Below are positions 1 to 10,869 of a stretch of DNA of 64,000 nucleotides, in pieces. Made by a program: the position numbers and the translations under genes. Positions within the stretch are counted from its first letter, which is position 1; every line of letters starts with the position of its first letter. The DNA is from Auanema rhodensis (lineage: Eukaryota > Animalia > Nematoda). The notes under the pieces were generated by a model. That model was not told where the DNA came from, made no database searches, and worked only from the letters and a program-made list of their open reading frames with translations. The stretch is taken from positions 6,200,001-6,264,000 of the forward strand of contig OZ059895.1 of assembly GCA_964057225.1 (NCBI GenBank), read 5' to 3'.

Positions 1-1166
1 GAAAGTAATTTTCAAAACTTTTTCCAATTTGTCTCTATTGCCGAGTTTACCGAGAAGTTCTGTATTTATAATATAAATGCACCAGGGCAAGAAGTTGATG
101 CGCAGGCTATCTCGGAAAGGTTTGTCTTAACGTTATTTCAATAGTTCAATATTTTTTCAGCTTCATTTACCCTTCTATGGATGGTCTAGCAAAGATTGTT
201 GAATCTGTTGTTGATCATTACAAGTAAGTTACATTGAAACATTTAATTTCCTTATCTTCAATTTGTAGCCTCAGCACTTTTATCGCTTTTGGTGTAGGGT
301 TGGGAGCTAATGTTTTACTCAGATACACGGTATATCATTAATGTTTTTATGTCCTGAACACGTTTAGTTTTACAGCTAGTTAATCAAAACAGAGTAAACG
401 CTCTTATACTTGTCAATTGCACAATTGCTCAAGCAGGATGGATTGAGTGGGGTTATCAAAAGGTTTTTTATTTAAAAAGAACAGAATACTCATCTCCTTT
501 ATAATAGGTTAATCTTCACAACTTACGTACTCATGGTATGACTAACTTCACCGTCGATTACCTCATGTGGCATCACTTTGGTCGTCGCCTTGACGAATGC
601 AGCACAGATATTGTTCGTCAATACAAAGTGTATTTCCAGCATTTGCCAAATCCAGTCAATCTTGCTGCTCTAATTGAATGCTATTTGAAGTATGTTCAAT
701 TTGATGTGTAATTTTTGTAATGTTGTTCCTTTTAGTCGTTCCTCAATCATGATGTCTCGTGATGGAAATGCCGGACCTCAATTAAAGGTTCCCGTTCTAC
801 AAATTGTTGGTGCCGGAAGCGCTTTTGTAAATGATACTGTATCAGTAAATACTGCATTGGATCCTTCAAGATCCGATTGGATTAAGGTTCTTGAAAACAA
901 AGTGCAAATACAACTTCAGGTTTATAATTCCAGATTTCGGACTCATGTGGGTTAGTTCTCGATGACAGACCAGAAGCTGTGACTGAAAGTATGATGCTGT
1001 TCTTGCAAGGGTTGGGATATTGTAAGTCTATCTAATAAATTTCCGTTGAGAAATTGATTAATTGATTTCAGTCCCTACCATGAATGTTGTTAAGTTGATG
1101 AAGAAAATTCATGAAACTCAATCAGGATCTTATGCCGCCGTTTCTGAAAGCCTTAACGAGTGCTAA
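1..1166 (+). CDS. NDRG/Ndr-family alpha/beta-hydrolase-fold protein, 3' part (multi-exon, 5' end outside window)
   Basis: Spliced translation gives NFQNFFQF...INAPGQE...FIAFGVGLGANVLLRY...AGWIEWGYQK...LKVPVLQIVGAGSAFV...SDSCGLVLDDRPEAVTESMMLFLQGLGY, typical NDRG motifs; TAA at 1164-1166; short GT-AG introns. Confidence 0.9.
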
Positions 1167-1679
1167 TTTAATAATGTTTTTATAATTTTTGTAACATTCG
1201 TCTTTGAACTGTTCGATTAAGCAGCTTTAGAAAATTTTTCCAAATTTTCACGAAATGTTGATTATTTTCATTATCTCCTTAAGGATGCATTCCTTCATGC
1301 ACTTTTGTTGCTATCTGCTTAGCATTTTTCTCCTTCGATCTTATTTTTGGATTTATTTTTTCTTATTGTTCTATAGACTTTGAGCTCAGTGTTTTATATT
1401 TTACTAGTCATTTAAATTGTCCAAGCTTCACCTCCTCTAATTGTTTAACAATTACAAATCTACCATACAATCGATTGAACTTCATAAATTTTTTAAATTT
1501 TTTCATCGAGATCTGTACGGGTTTGGCAATCCTTGGAGCAACTACTTCTCTTCTTGTCGGAACACGGAATCTTCATTCTATTGTTTACTTCGTTATAGGA
1601 ACTGTGAGCTGACAAATTTTATAGAATACGGGAAAGCTAGTTGAACGGACAGAATTGGGAGCTGTAAGCTACTCCCAAT

Positions 1680-4600
1680 ATGCAAACCATAGACAATTTG
1701 AATGAATTTTGGTCTGATCCAGTAGTCAATTGGTTCGATTACTTTGTTAATCGATCAAAGTTTAATGAATTGCTCGAAGATACGAAGAAAAATAAAGGTT
1801 TTCATTGAAAATACACCATAAGGTAAATGCAATATTTAAAGATACAATCATATCTTTGGCTTTGCAATTTTGCGAACAAGCAAGTGTAACTGAGAAGGAA
1901 TATGATGTTATGGCTCAGAAATCTTTCCCAGCTGAAGATCTTCAGTTTATTCAGCGGAAATCCATCTGTCTATGGCTATGTTCCCTGTCCTGTTTAGCTT
2001 CCTTAAATTGGGACATTGAGTTATTGATAGACAAGCAGTATGTCTTCAGTTTGCCATGCTTTCCTTATCTTTGTTATTAAGAGATGTTTTGGCGGTTAGA
2101 CCACTCATGGACTATATCGAACGATTATGGTTGAATCGTGAAATCGTCACGGATCCGATATTTGGGGAATGGCTTCATGCACGTTGGATATTTAGTTTAG
2201 ATCGTAGGTTCCGAGTATTGTCTCCACCAGCTAAACAAATTGTTAATAATCCGTATGTCTAAATTAGAAAAAAAAAGAAAAGTTATTCGTTTAGATTACA
2301 AGTACAAGATCTCAATTTGCAAAGACAAGAGGGTATTCGTAAACTTGTTCAAGAAGCCCGAGATTTGCGGATGATTCGGGTATGATTTCCCAAATAAATG
2401 CATAAATAAGTTAGTTTGATTATAGGCTCTCGATTTCCTTGAGAAACTTATCAGTGACCCAAAGCAGATTTATGTACCTGGAACTATGTGTTTCCTTCAA
2501 CCGTTTCTTGAGGTTTTTATTAAATAGAGTAAACATTCTTTTATCGTATTGTTGTAGGAGTCTGGATTCTCACTGAGTGTAGGAATTTTGGGAACAAATG
2601 TTCTATTCGATTCTCCTCCAAAACCAAAACTTACCTATGAATGCACACTTCTGGATCCAAAAGAAGTTATAAATAAGGTAAGGACGAGTTATAGTATATT
2701 GCTATATTGAAAATTTTAATTTAATTTAGACACGATACGATTTGGCTTGCTATTACTTCTCCGAAGGTAGATTAGACCGATGTTTAGCAAATATGCTGAA
2801 TGTATGTGTGCAAAATATTCTATTATTGCACTATTCTAATCTATTTTAGACAAAAATTAATATTGGGGAACATCCCTTAGTTACTGTATCATATGAAGAT
2901 CTTGTAGGATATTATATAGCTCTTCACATTACTCCGTCTTTTCCTATTAAGGAGTTTCCTAAATTAATGGTTGTTGATCAAAATGTATTTAAGCAATATG
3001 ATTCTTTTCTTCTAATTTACGAAACTTTAGTTATTGAAAAATGAAACATCAGTTTATCGAAGACGGTCTGTATATCGCGGACGAAGTGAGAACATTGCCA
3101 CCGGACAACTACAGGCAAGCTTGTCATCTTGAAAGAAAAAATTTAAAATGCATTCGTTTTAAAAAGAGTTATTTCAGACTTCTATCCGAGCTGATAACTT
3201 GGTACGAGATGTTTTAGAGGGTAAGAATAGTTTAAATCGAATACATCTTAAAGAAAAAGCCATCCTTGAAAAGTTTGTGAAGGTAATATCACATTCTTTG
3301 TTCAATTTAAACAATTATTTCTGGATTACATTTTCAGACATTAGCTCAATCTTTGCCTAGAATAAACCGATTAAATAGTTTGTATCTACAAGGAACTTTA
3401 CGATTTTTATCGTTTTCCATACCCGGACTTAGAGAAGAATTAATTCGAAACAACTTTCCTGAAGAATACCTTTGTGGTGCTCATCAACCTATTGTTGAGA
3501 AAACTTTTGCAGCTCCTGGTATTTCCATTATAAAAGGTGAGTCATCAAGCTGCTTCGAATAATATTGAATGGAGAGGATTTCTGTTTTTTTTTATTTTTT
3601 TTATTTTCAAATCTTAAAAGTTGAGCTGGAGACTAGTCTGAATTGTGTTTTCTTAGCGATCGCACTCAGGAATTGCCAGTCGGGAGTGTCTCAGAACCCC
3701 GCAGGGTAACCTTTTTCTGGCACACTCCCTCATTCCTTCGAATGAGGTCCTTCTCGAACCGAAATGACTTTATCTCAGACCTTCCCGGGGATACAAGGCT
3801 ACATGAGCCTGTGAGTGAACCCCAACGCTGTCTTCCAGCCAACTCGTGTGTTGATTGACTAGGCCTGTCTATATAGCCACTGTGTCATTTGCGCCGTATG
3901 CGATACGAGTTTGAATTGTACATCAACTGATCAATACAGTCTAAATAGATTTTGAAAGAGAGAGATTGTTGCCTTATAGAGACAATATTCATGCGTTTGA
4001 AACAGAAATAGATAATTTTTTGGTCTTTAATATATTTTCACGTTGAAAACAAGAGTCAAACAGCGTTCATCCTAAGAACATCATCATAACGCACAAACAA
4101 CGCAAATTACTTTGTTTTCTGCTCTTTCGAGAGTTAAAAGGAATCGAATATGAATTCAATTAACACATTTATTTAAGTTTTACTTGCTTCTGATGTTCCA
4201 TTATGGAAAATCATCGCATCTTTCGATGTCGGTGAGTTAAAGGAAACTGTGAACAGCATGAAACACTTCTCTCTTCCGAGACTAGTGAGTTAGTATCTTA
4301 ATAAATTCTCTTAACTATAAGTTCTAGCTTAAATATCCGGAGTTGTTAGGAGAATATGTACTTGTCGGTAGACCAATCAACGACTTTCATGCTTTATTGC
4401 TTGGTAAAATGAACCAATTAGCTCAAATAGGTGTAAGTTGTTTCTATGAAAGGTGGAATTATTTAAACGTGATGTTCCTATTTAGAATCACCAAGATTGG
4501 CAGCAGTTTTGTAATAATATCGTAACTGAATTAGGTCAGCTAGGTAATCAAAATAGAATGCGATTTGTATTAGAAGTATGTGTCTAATTTTTATATAATA

Positions 4601-6186
4601 CTATAATCACTTTTCTAGGCTTTGAACGTTCAATCGGCTATCCTTAATAAGAAGTTAAATGTTAGCTTTGAATCTTCGGGTACTCAGCTCATACAAACGC
4701 ATTTGAAAGCAACTAAAGGATGCTTTGTTAATCCTCAAGCTGTCAACATTCCACATTCTCATGAATTCTGTAGTCAAGTTAGGCATTCAAATCAATTCTC
4801 TCTAATAATTATAATTATTTAAGGTATTAGCTCTGTGTTTAAACGCCAAAGAATGGGAGTTTGTAATAAACAGGCTTGAGTAAGTTTGTTTCGATTTTTT
4901 AATTTTAAAGTTTTCCTAAATTGTTAGTTTACCTATTTGATTTTAGCCTTAACGTACCAATCATGACAATTGTCAAACTCATAGCTGCTTTTGGACAGCA
5001 TGGAAATAACCCTGGAATGAAAAAGCTGGCAGATGCTTGGACTTCTCAGCTCAGTCCTCTCTTCGAGAATTCAAGGCATGTGTGATCAGAGTAATTTTTT
5101 TATTTCTATAACTTATAGAAAAAGACATAATGATGGAGCTGGTCAAAGAGAAAACTTTAAAATGCGAATTGAGATCATCAAATTCTTAAAACTTGTCAAG
5201 GCAAGATTCCTTTAAAGAATTTCATATATAAGAGCATTCAGGAACCAAATCTTCTACCATTCTTAATATCATTTTTCGCTTTCATGTTCAATAGAGTATT
5301 AGTAGCTGAACGAAAACCGCAACTTAGGATATTTGTTCAACAATCTGATCTTTTTGGAACAGAAACCGAGTATTTTTATACTAATCAGCATCTAAACAAT
5401 CAAACTATATTTAGATTACCGAATGCTTCTATTGATGCTATTGAAGAATGTTTACAAATTGTTCTTCAAAATGGATTTGAAGTAAATCCTGTAAATGCAT
5501 TCTGGCTAAGAACTGCAGCTGATTACAAATACGGTAAACTTTATTAGAAAAATACTAAACCAAAGAAGTGTTCAGCTAGAGGTGAACTAGAGGAATCAGC
5601 AACTTTATACATGGAAACTTTATTAGCTTGTAAATCATCATTGATCGTTCCTTTCCCAGAAAATGTTATTGATGATTCGGTAATTGTATAATCTTTTTCT
5701 CATTTTGTCCATTTTGTCTCAAGGTATGGCTTCGGCTTCGTACATGCTTTACCCGATCTTCGTGCCACATGTTGGCATTACTGATCTGTCAACTTCTTCG
5801 AACTAAGAAAGAAGAAGAATATATGAAAATGACTGAGGTTGATTGTTTGTTTTTTTGTTTTTTTTTCAAATACATAAGTTAAGATTCTAAATGCTCAAGC
5901 TTGTATGGATGCTGGTGAAGAATGTTATTCCATGGTATTCGATCATACTATGGCTGAATATCTAAGTCAATCCTTAGATCAGAATAAGCAAGCAAACAAT
6001 TTAGATCGATTAGTTAGTTGATGGACATTTGTTATTTTAATGACTTATTATTTTCAGTTATCTTGGTGTTCTCGGCCATCTCTAAATCCTAACAATCGCA
6101 TGGAAATTTTTACTCGGGAACAGTGTCGAAGAGCTGAACGCATGATTCGGGTAATGGCAGCCCAGATATTTGCTGTTCATCTTTAA
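1680..6186 (+). CDS. ints-8: Integrator complex subunit 8 (many short exons)
   Basis: N-terminus WFDYFV...LALQFCEQAS and C-terminus LNPNNRMEIF...RRAERMIRVMAAQIF resemble INTS8 (WFEFLL...QFLEQAS; LNASN...RRKKKFLQAMAKLYF); internal VKEPNLLPFLISFF and WLRTAADYKY; frame stays open across ~40-60 nt introns; TAA 6184-6186. Confidence 0.82.
3616..3619 (-). terminator. Pol III oligo-T terminator of the RNase P RNA
   Basis: TTTT on the - strand immediately after the 3' strand of P1. Confidence 0.65.
3620..3845 (-). ncRNA. rpr-1: Nuclear RNase P RNA (~226 nt), antisense inside INTS8 intron 3537-4177
   Basis: Minus strand: P1 AGUUGGCUGGAAGAC pairs with GUCUCCAGCUCAACU; CR-I GGGAAGGUCUGAG (3786-3774); CR-V ACACAAUUCAGACUA forming the P4 pseudoknot; P3 GGGG..CCCC; P9 CCUCAUUC-GAAG-GAAUGAGG; P10/11 GGGAGUG..CACUCCC enclosing AGAAA and UGAGA; CR-IV GGCAAUUCCU. 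Confidence 0.93.
3868..3910 (-). promoter_or_regulatory. External Pol III (type 3) promoter of the RNase P RNA: TATA box plus GC-richer PSE-like element
   Basis: CTATATAG at 3868-3875 lies ~25-30 nt upstream of the RNA 5' end, preceded on the - strand by CTCGTATCGCATACGGCGCAAATGACAC at the position where a PSE is expected. Confidence 0.6.
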
Positions 6187-6465
6187 TCATACATTGGCGG
6201 AATAGTTTTGATATCTCTTCTCTTTCTCTCCTTCTCTCTTTCTCTCTTTGTTTCTTTCTCTATCACTGTTTTTCACGAAATCTCTGTTTCGTCTATATTC
6301 TCTATCTTCGCTTTCTACTTTGTTATTCCGGGAATTGGGTTGACAATGCTTCCTTATATTTGTCGGTTATCTCATGTCCTTGTACGGTTCATCATGTAGT
6401 CAAAACTTTGAAGGTATTATATGATCACTGCCTGACTATTTTTTATTAAATTTATAATTAAGAAT

Positions 6466-7465
6466 TTACAATTTAACATATTCTGGTTCACCATAATAGA
6501 CTATTTCTCTTCCATCATTTAATTTCCATAATTTATGCTGCTGATTTGGTTCACACGGTTCTTGATGAAGAACTAAATATCGTCGTTGTTGGCCTTCAAG
6601 AAAATAAGGGATATTGGTGCTTAGAATGTTATTAGAACTTACGAGTTTCTATGTTCTTTTTGATGCTACATTGGGCTACTTGTTCTTGTTCTTTTGATGA
6701 TCCATATATGTAAGCTCCTAGACCACCATTACGAAGATAGAGAGAATCATGCTTACGTTTATTCTCAATCTCTTTGGGTGTTACTTGATCTTTCATAACT
6801 TCTTGAGAATTTTCATTATTATAGATGAAAGCCCCAAGATTTCCACGGTTTATGTAACGACTGTGATGAGCACTTTTTGGGTAATAAGCTCGAAAGCCTC
6901 TGAACCGTCGACCATCAGGAAGTATGATGACAGCTCGAAGAAGACGATCATCAGGCTCATGTTGTCCTCTTCCTATACGCACTGGCCCCAATTGAATACC
7001 CGATAGTTGTGGTAAATGAAGTAGATCTTATTGGATTTTAAACAATATTAATGAGAGTTTGTAATTATTCTTACCATGAAGCATTGTCGTTGCATAATTG
7101 TCATCTTCGAGATCTTTAGAAGACGAATGTCGGTTAGCGTGCAAAACAGTACCATTTGGGAATGTGATAAGCCCACGAACGAAGTTAGACTTCTGTAATA
7201 AGGTGTATAAGGAAACAGTAATATTTGACTACTGGAATAATCAGAAGCTACTGAAGATTGTTTCTAATCAAACCTTATCAGATGATCGTGCTAATCGAAA
7301 ATTATGAAGGAAATCATTTGTAATAATTCGTTCTCTAAGCGAGTTATTAAAAATCAAGTAAATCAGAGAATATATGTACCTAACACCGAAATCGAGATCC
7401 GAAAACAGGTAAACAGCTTTAATCAGAAAAGAAGCTAACAACAAAACTCTAAACAAGCTGCTCAT
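6466..7465 (-). CDS. Uncharacterised secreted protein (5 exons)
   Basis: CAG|ATG start at 7465; MSSLFRVLLLASFLIKAVYLFS is signal-peptide-like; phase-consistent splicing gives ...FGVR/ERIITNDF..SSDK/KSNFVRGLITFPNG..MLH/DLLHLPQ..RAVIILPDG..ET/RQQRRYLVLHQEPC..EPEYVKL*; includes ORF 6632-6991. Confidence 0.7.
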
Positions 7466-7819
7466 CTGCCAAATATCGAAAAGACGAAAGCTTGATGTGA
7501 TAACAAAGATTGTGTACACATCTTATCATATTGCCATTTCTTCTATACATTGTCCAATATGTCAAATATACAAATATTACATCACTGGCTCAACAAATTT
7601 TTTTTCAGATTTTTGAAATAAAAAGAATGTAACTCTTCATTTAAAAATACAAATATATATAGGATAGATTTTATTTTAAAAAAATTAGTTTTTTTCTTTT
7701 ATTCGCTAGGTTAATGTTTATAAAATTTGAAATTTCATATATGGTTGCTATAATCCTTCAAGCAAACTAATCATCTGGTACTGTTCATTAAGTAAATGAC
7801 TTTTAAGAAACAATGGCAG

Positions 7820-7960
7820 GTAGTTTGCCTTTGGAAGAGAGACTGGAGGTAACATCACATCTTAGAGCTCCGACGAGGTCGAAAAGGAAATACCACAGGT
7901 TATTCAGGCTGTACCTAAGGTGGAGATGAGCATTTTTGGAACATTACCCATGGTGCTAGC
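7820..7960. promoter_or_regulatory. GC-richer island with clustered CCNNNGG palindromes (candidate AP-2 enhancer)
   Basis: GCCTTTGGA 7827, ACCACAGGT 7892, ACCTAAGGT 7913, ACCCATGGT 7946, set in very AT-rich flanks. Confidence 0.5.
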
Positions 7961-8489
7961 TAAGTTAGTAGGCTATAATGAAGACTTCGTAAAATAGCTA
8001 ATAATAAAATATATAATAATGAATATTAAATATTGAACAATAATGATTTCAATAACTTTTAAACTTTTTTTAACCGAACTTTTTTTGAAAAAACCGAAAG
8101 TGAAACATAGAATGAAATTTGGAAAAACAAGAGCTTGAGGGCTAACAGAGACTACACTGAATATATTTATATAGAAACAATAAATATGAATTTATTTTTA
8201 TTGATACTATTAAATTGAAGTTTCAAATTATATATAAAATTCTTTAACTAAGAAAAGTATATTTGTAGTTTACTATCTTAATATGAACTGATTTTGTTGA
8301 AATTATTGTTCTTGGAACTATTTATATTGAAATTGATATATTTGAGAATGTTTGTATTCAATGAAAATTATTGAAATTATTATAATATACAAGAATTATG
8401 CTGAAATAATGAGCTTTATTAACTTTTTTTATTATAAGTTCACATTTATTATTGAGTTTTTATTATGAATACCTAGTGTTCACAATTTC

Positions 8490-8610
8490 CAGATGCCGCC
8501 GGAGATTGGGCATGGGAGGGGTCATATAGCTCCAGAAGGAAACTTTGGCAACACCTGAGGTTAATTAAGGCCCGCCCCTTCTCCGGTAGTGAAGATATAT
8601 AAGGGCTAAA
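8490..8610 (+). promoter_or_regulatory. Core promoter of the AP-2 gene (GC box, CCNNNGG sites, TATA box)
   Basis: GCCGCCGGA 8495, ACCTGAGGT 8553, GGCCCGCCCC 8569-8578, TATATAAGGG from 8596; acceptor TTTTTCAG directly before ATG 8819. Confidence 0.6.
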
Positions 8611-8818
8611 CCTGGATCAGATTCATCACATCCTTTTATAAATAAGGTAATTACAATTACATTACTTATAAGAACGATTCTTCAAAACATTTTGAAAATT
8701 CTAGTTTTATTTGCAATTTTATAGTTTACTCATTCATAATAATCTCATCTTTTTTTGCTCATTTTGTTTCAATTGTCATTTTCTTATTTTTTATTGGTCT
8801 TATAAGGATTTTTTTCAG

Positions 8819-10205
8819 ATGTCGTTTGCTAACACTCCAGTTTCCAGCCAAGAGCAAAAGCCTGGCTGTATGGAATATCCCATTACTCCTGGCCCTTATG
8901 AAATGGTACGGATCACTGTTATCCAATTGATTTATTAATGAATATCTTAAGATTCATACAATGCTAAATATAATTCTTTATCTAATTTACCTTTTTTTTC
9001 CAGAGCCATCAAATGCACTCACAGCCCAACCAACTGCAAACTCCACAGTTGAGTAACTTCTACACTCAGCAACTTCCAATGCTTTTTGATCCAAGTGCTT
9101 TGAACTACACAGAAAACATGATGGCAATGGTAAATTATTTTTTTCTATATTTGTGATATAATAACTTATGGTTTTCAGAGTTATTGGGCACAACAGCATC
9201 ACCAGTTTATGACTCCAACTTCATCTGCTCCACTTCCTTCTCCCACATCAACTGATTCAGGAATTAGCTCTAATAATTCTCCAGATTCTCCAACAGAACA
9301 ACACGGCAGTGAATCTTTTGGAAAGATGTGTAAGTCATTATTCAATATAGGATATATGTAGATTCATTTTCATTATTTCAGCTAAGTCAGACGACATGGT
9401 TGATGACGAAAAAGTGTTCTGCACTGTTCAAGGTAGATTGAACCTTGTTGGAAACCTTCGCACATATAGAGTAACCAAGCCAGAAATCCTCAGACGTGTA
9501 AACCCACCTGAGTGCATGAACAGCAGTACTCTTGCTGCTTACCTCAGAAAGTAAACTATTCTATCTCAAACCATCCTAATTTATATTATTTCAGAGCTAA
9601 GACCAAGAGTGGAGGTGTTGAATTAAGACAACAGTTGGAAAAGGAGGGTATTCGTCTGCCAACCAACAGAAGACGTGCTGCTCCACATACTGTTTATTCC
9701 GCTATGACAGAAGAAGAAGCCCATCAAGCTGGACTTGATTTGGATATGCTCCTTCGCAGTTTCTTCCCTGTTGAAGAGATCAGCCAGTATATGGCCAGTC
9801 GTGCTATGTCTCCACAAGAGCGCGAGGAACGCAAAAGAGATCTTCTCGGAGTGCTGTAAGTTGTTAAAAGTCAATCCTTTTGTTAATTGCCCTCTTTATA
9901 GTCGATTTGCCGAAGAGATGTCTCATTTGTTCGAAACAGTACAAGTTCCTATTATGGGAAAGTCAGTACAAAACCGTTTCTACAGCGAACAAATGCAACA
10001 AAAGATGGAACATTTATCAGCCGTTTCTCATGGATTTGGTCTCTACAGTACAAAGAGTTTTAAGTTTGTTGATAAGGTTGTCGCTGCCAGGACTCTTCAA
10101 CTTTTGGAACAGCCTCAACTTGGCACTCCTCAAGTTACCCAACCTCAGATGCCTCATATGGCGCAATACATGCAATCCATGCAATCTCATAACATGACAA
10201 ATTAA
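8819..10205 (+). CDS. AP-2 (TFAP2/aptf-family) transcription factor, divergent
   Basis: VFCTVQGRLNLVGNLRTYRVTKPEILRRVNPPECMNSSTLAAYLRKAKTKSGGVELRQQLEKEGIRLPTNRRRAA aligns with the AP-2 DNA-binding domain ([48 protein letters not shown]); C-terminal HLSAVSHGFG corresponds to HFSLITHGFG. Confidence 0.92.
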
Positions 10206-10869
10206 TTTTTATACTTATAAAGTAGTCGATGGTAGCCTTTAAAAGGCAACTTAACCAATCCTGTGCAAATCTAATCACTATGTCAGTCAGGCGCTGTAAA
10301 TTTTATATGCTTATTAATAAGTTATGACTTTATCTTTCGAAGAACAGGTAGTTCAAGATTGTAATTTGCGCGTTTAATTAATTCAAATAAGTAAGCAAAT
10401 TCTTAATATTAACATGTAAATAAGTCATCGTATATTATAAATACGTCATATTTTGTGTCTTACTCTTGTCAATGTTGTGTTGTTTTCCAATGCTTAATAA
10501 ATATTGAAAATATAATATTTTTACTTGTTACAATGTGTTTTTCGTTCGCGTTTATTTCCAACTATTTCATACCGGCTACGAACTGATTTTAAAAACTGCT
10601 TCGCTGTTCAATTTAATTTCTTTCAAAATATTTGCTTCAAATTTTGTTTACTTTTAAAAATAGTTATATTTGCTGTTTTATTTGTTCCGATAATTTTCTA
10701 AATGAGAAATAATGACTTTTGTTAAGAGTTAGCGGTAAACTGAAGAGATTGTAATAAAACTGCTCTATTGCTATTAAGCTGCCCTACTTTAAAGGCGTGA
10801 CGTAGAAGAGATACGTGACTTCAAAGTTTTGGACTGTTGGGCTTCTTGTATGTAGATTAACTTATCAAA

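Noticed and set aside
3620-3845. Alternative identity as RNase MRP or telomerase RNA
   Set aside because: CR-I to CR-V and P7-P12 organisation fit RNase P; there is no TTAGGC-complementary template.
3643-3858. 71-aa plus-strand ORF inside the INTS8 intron
   Set aside because: It is the antisense of the RNase P RNA; the higher GC content explains the lack of stops.
7813-7929. 38-codon ATG ORF upstream of the AP-2 gene
   Set aside because: Short, no recognisable product, and better explained as a GC-richer regulatory island.
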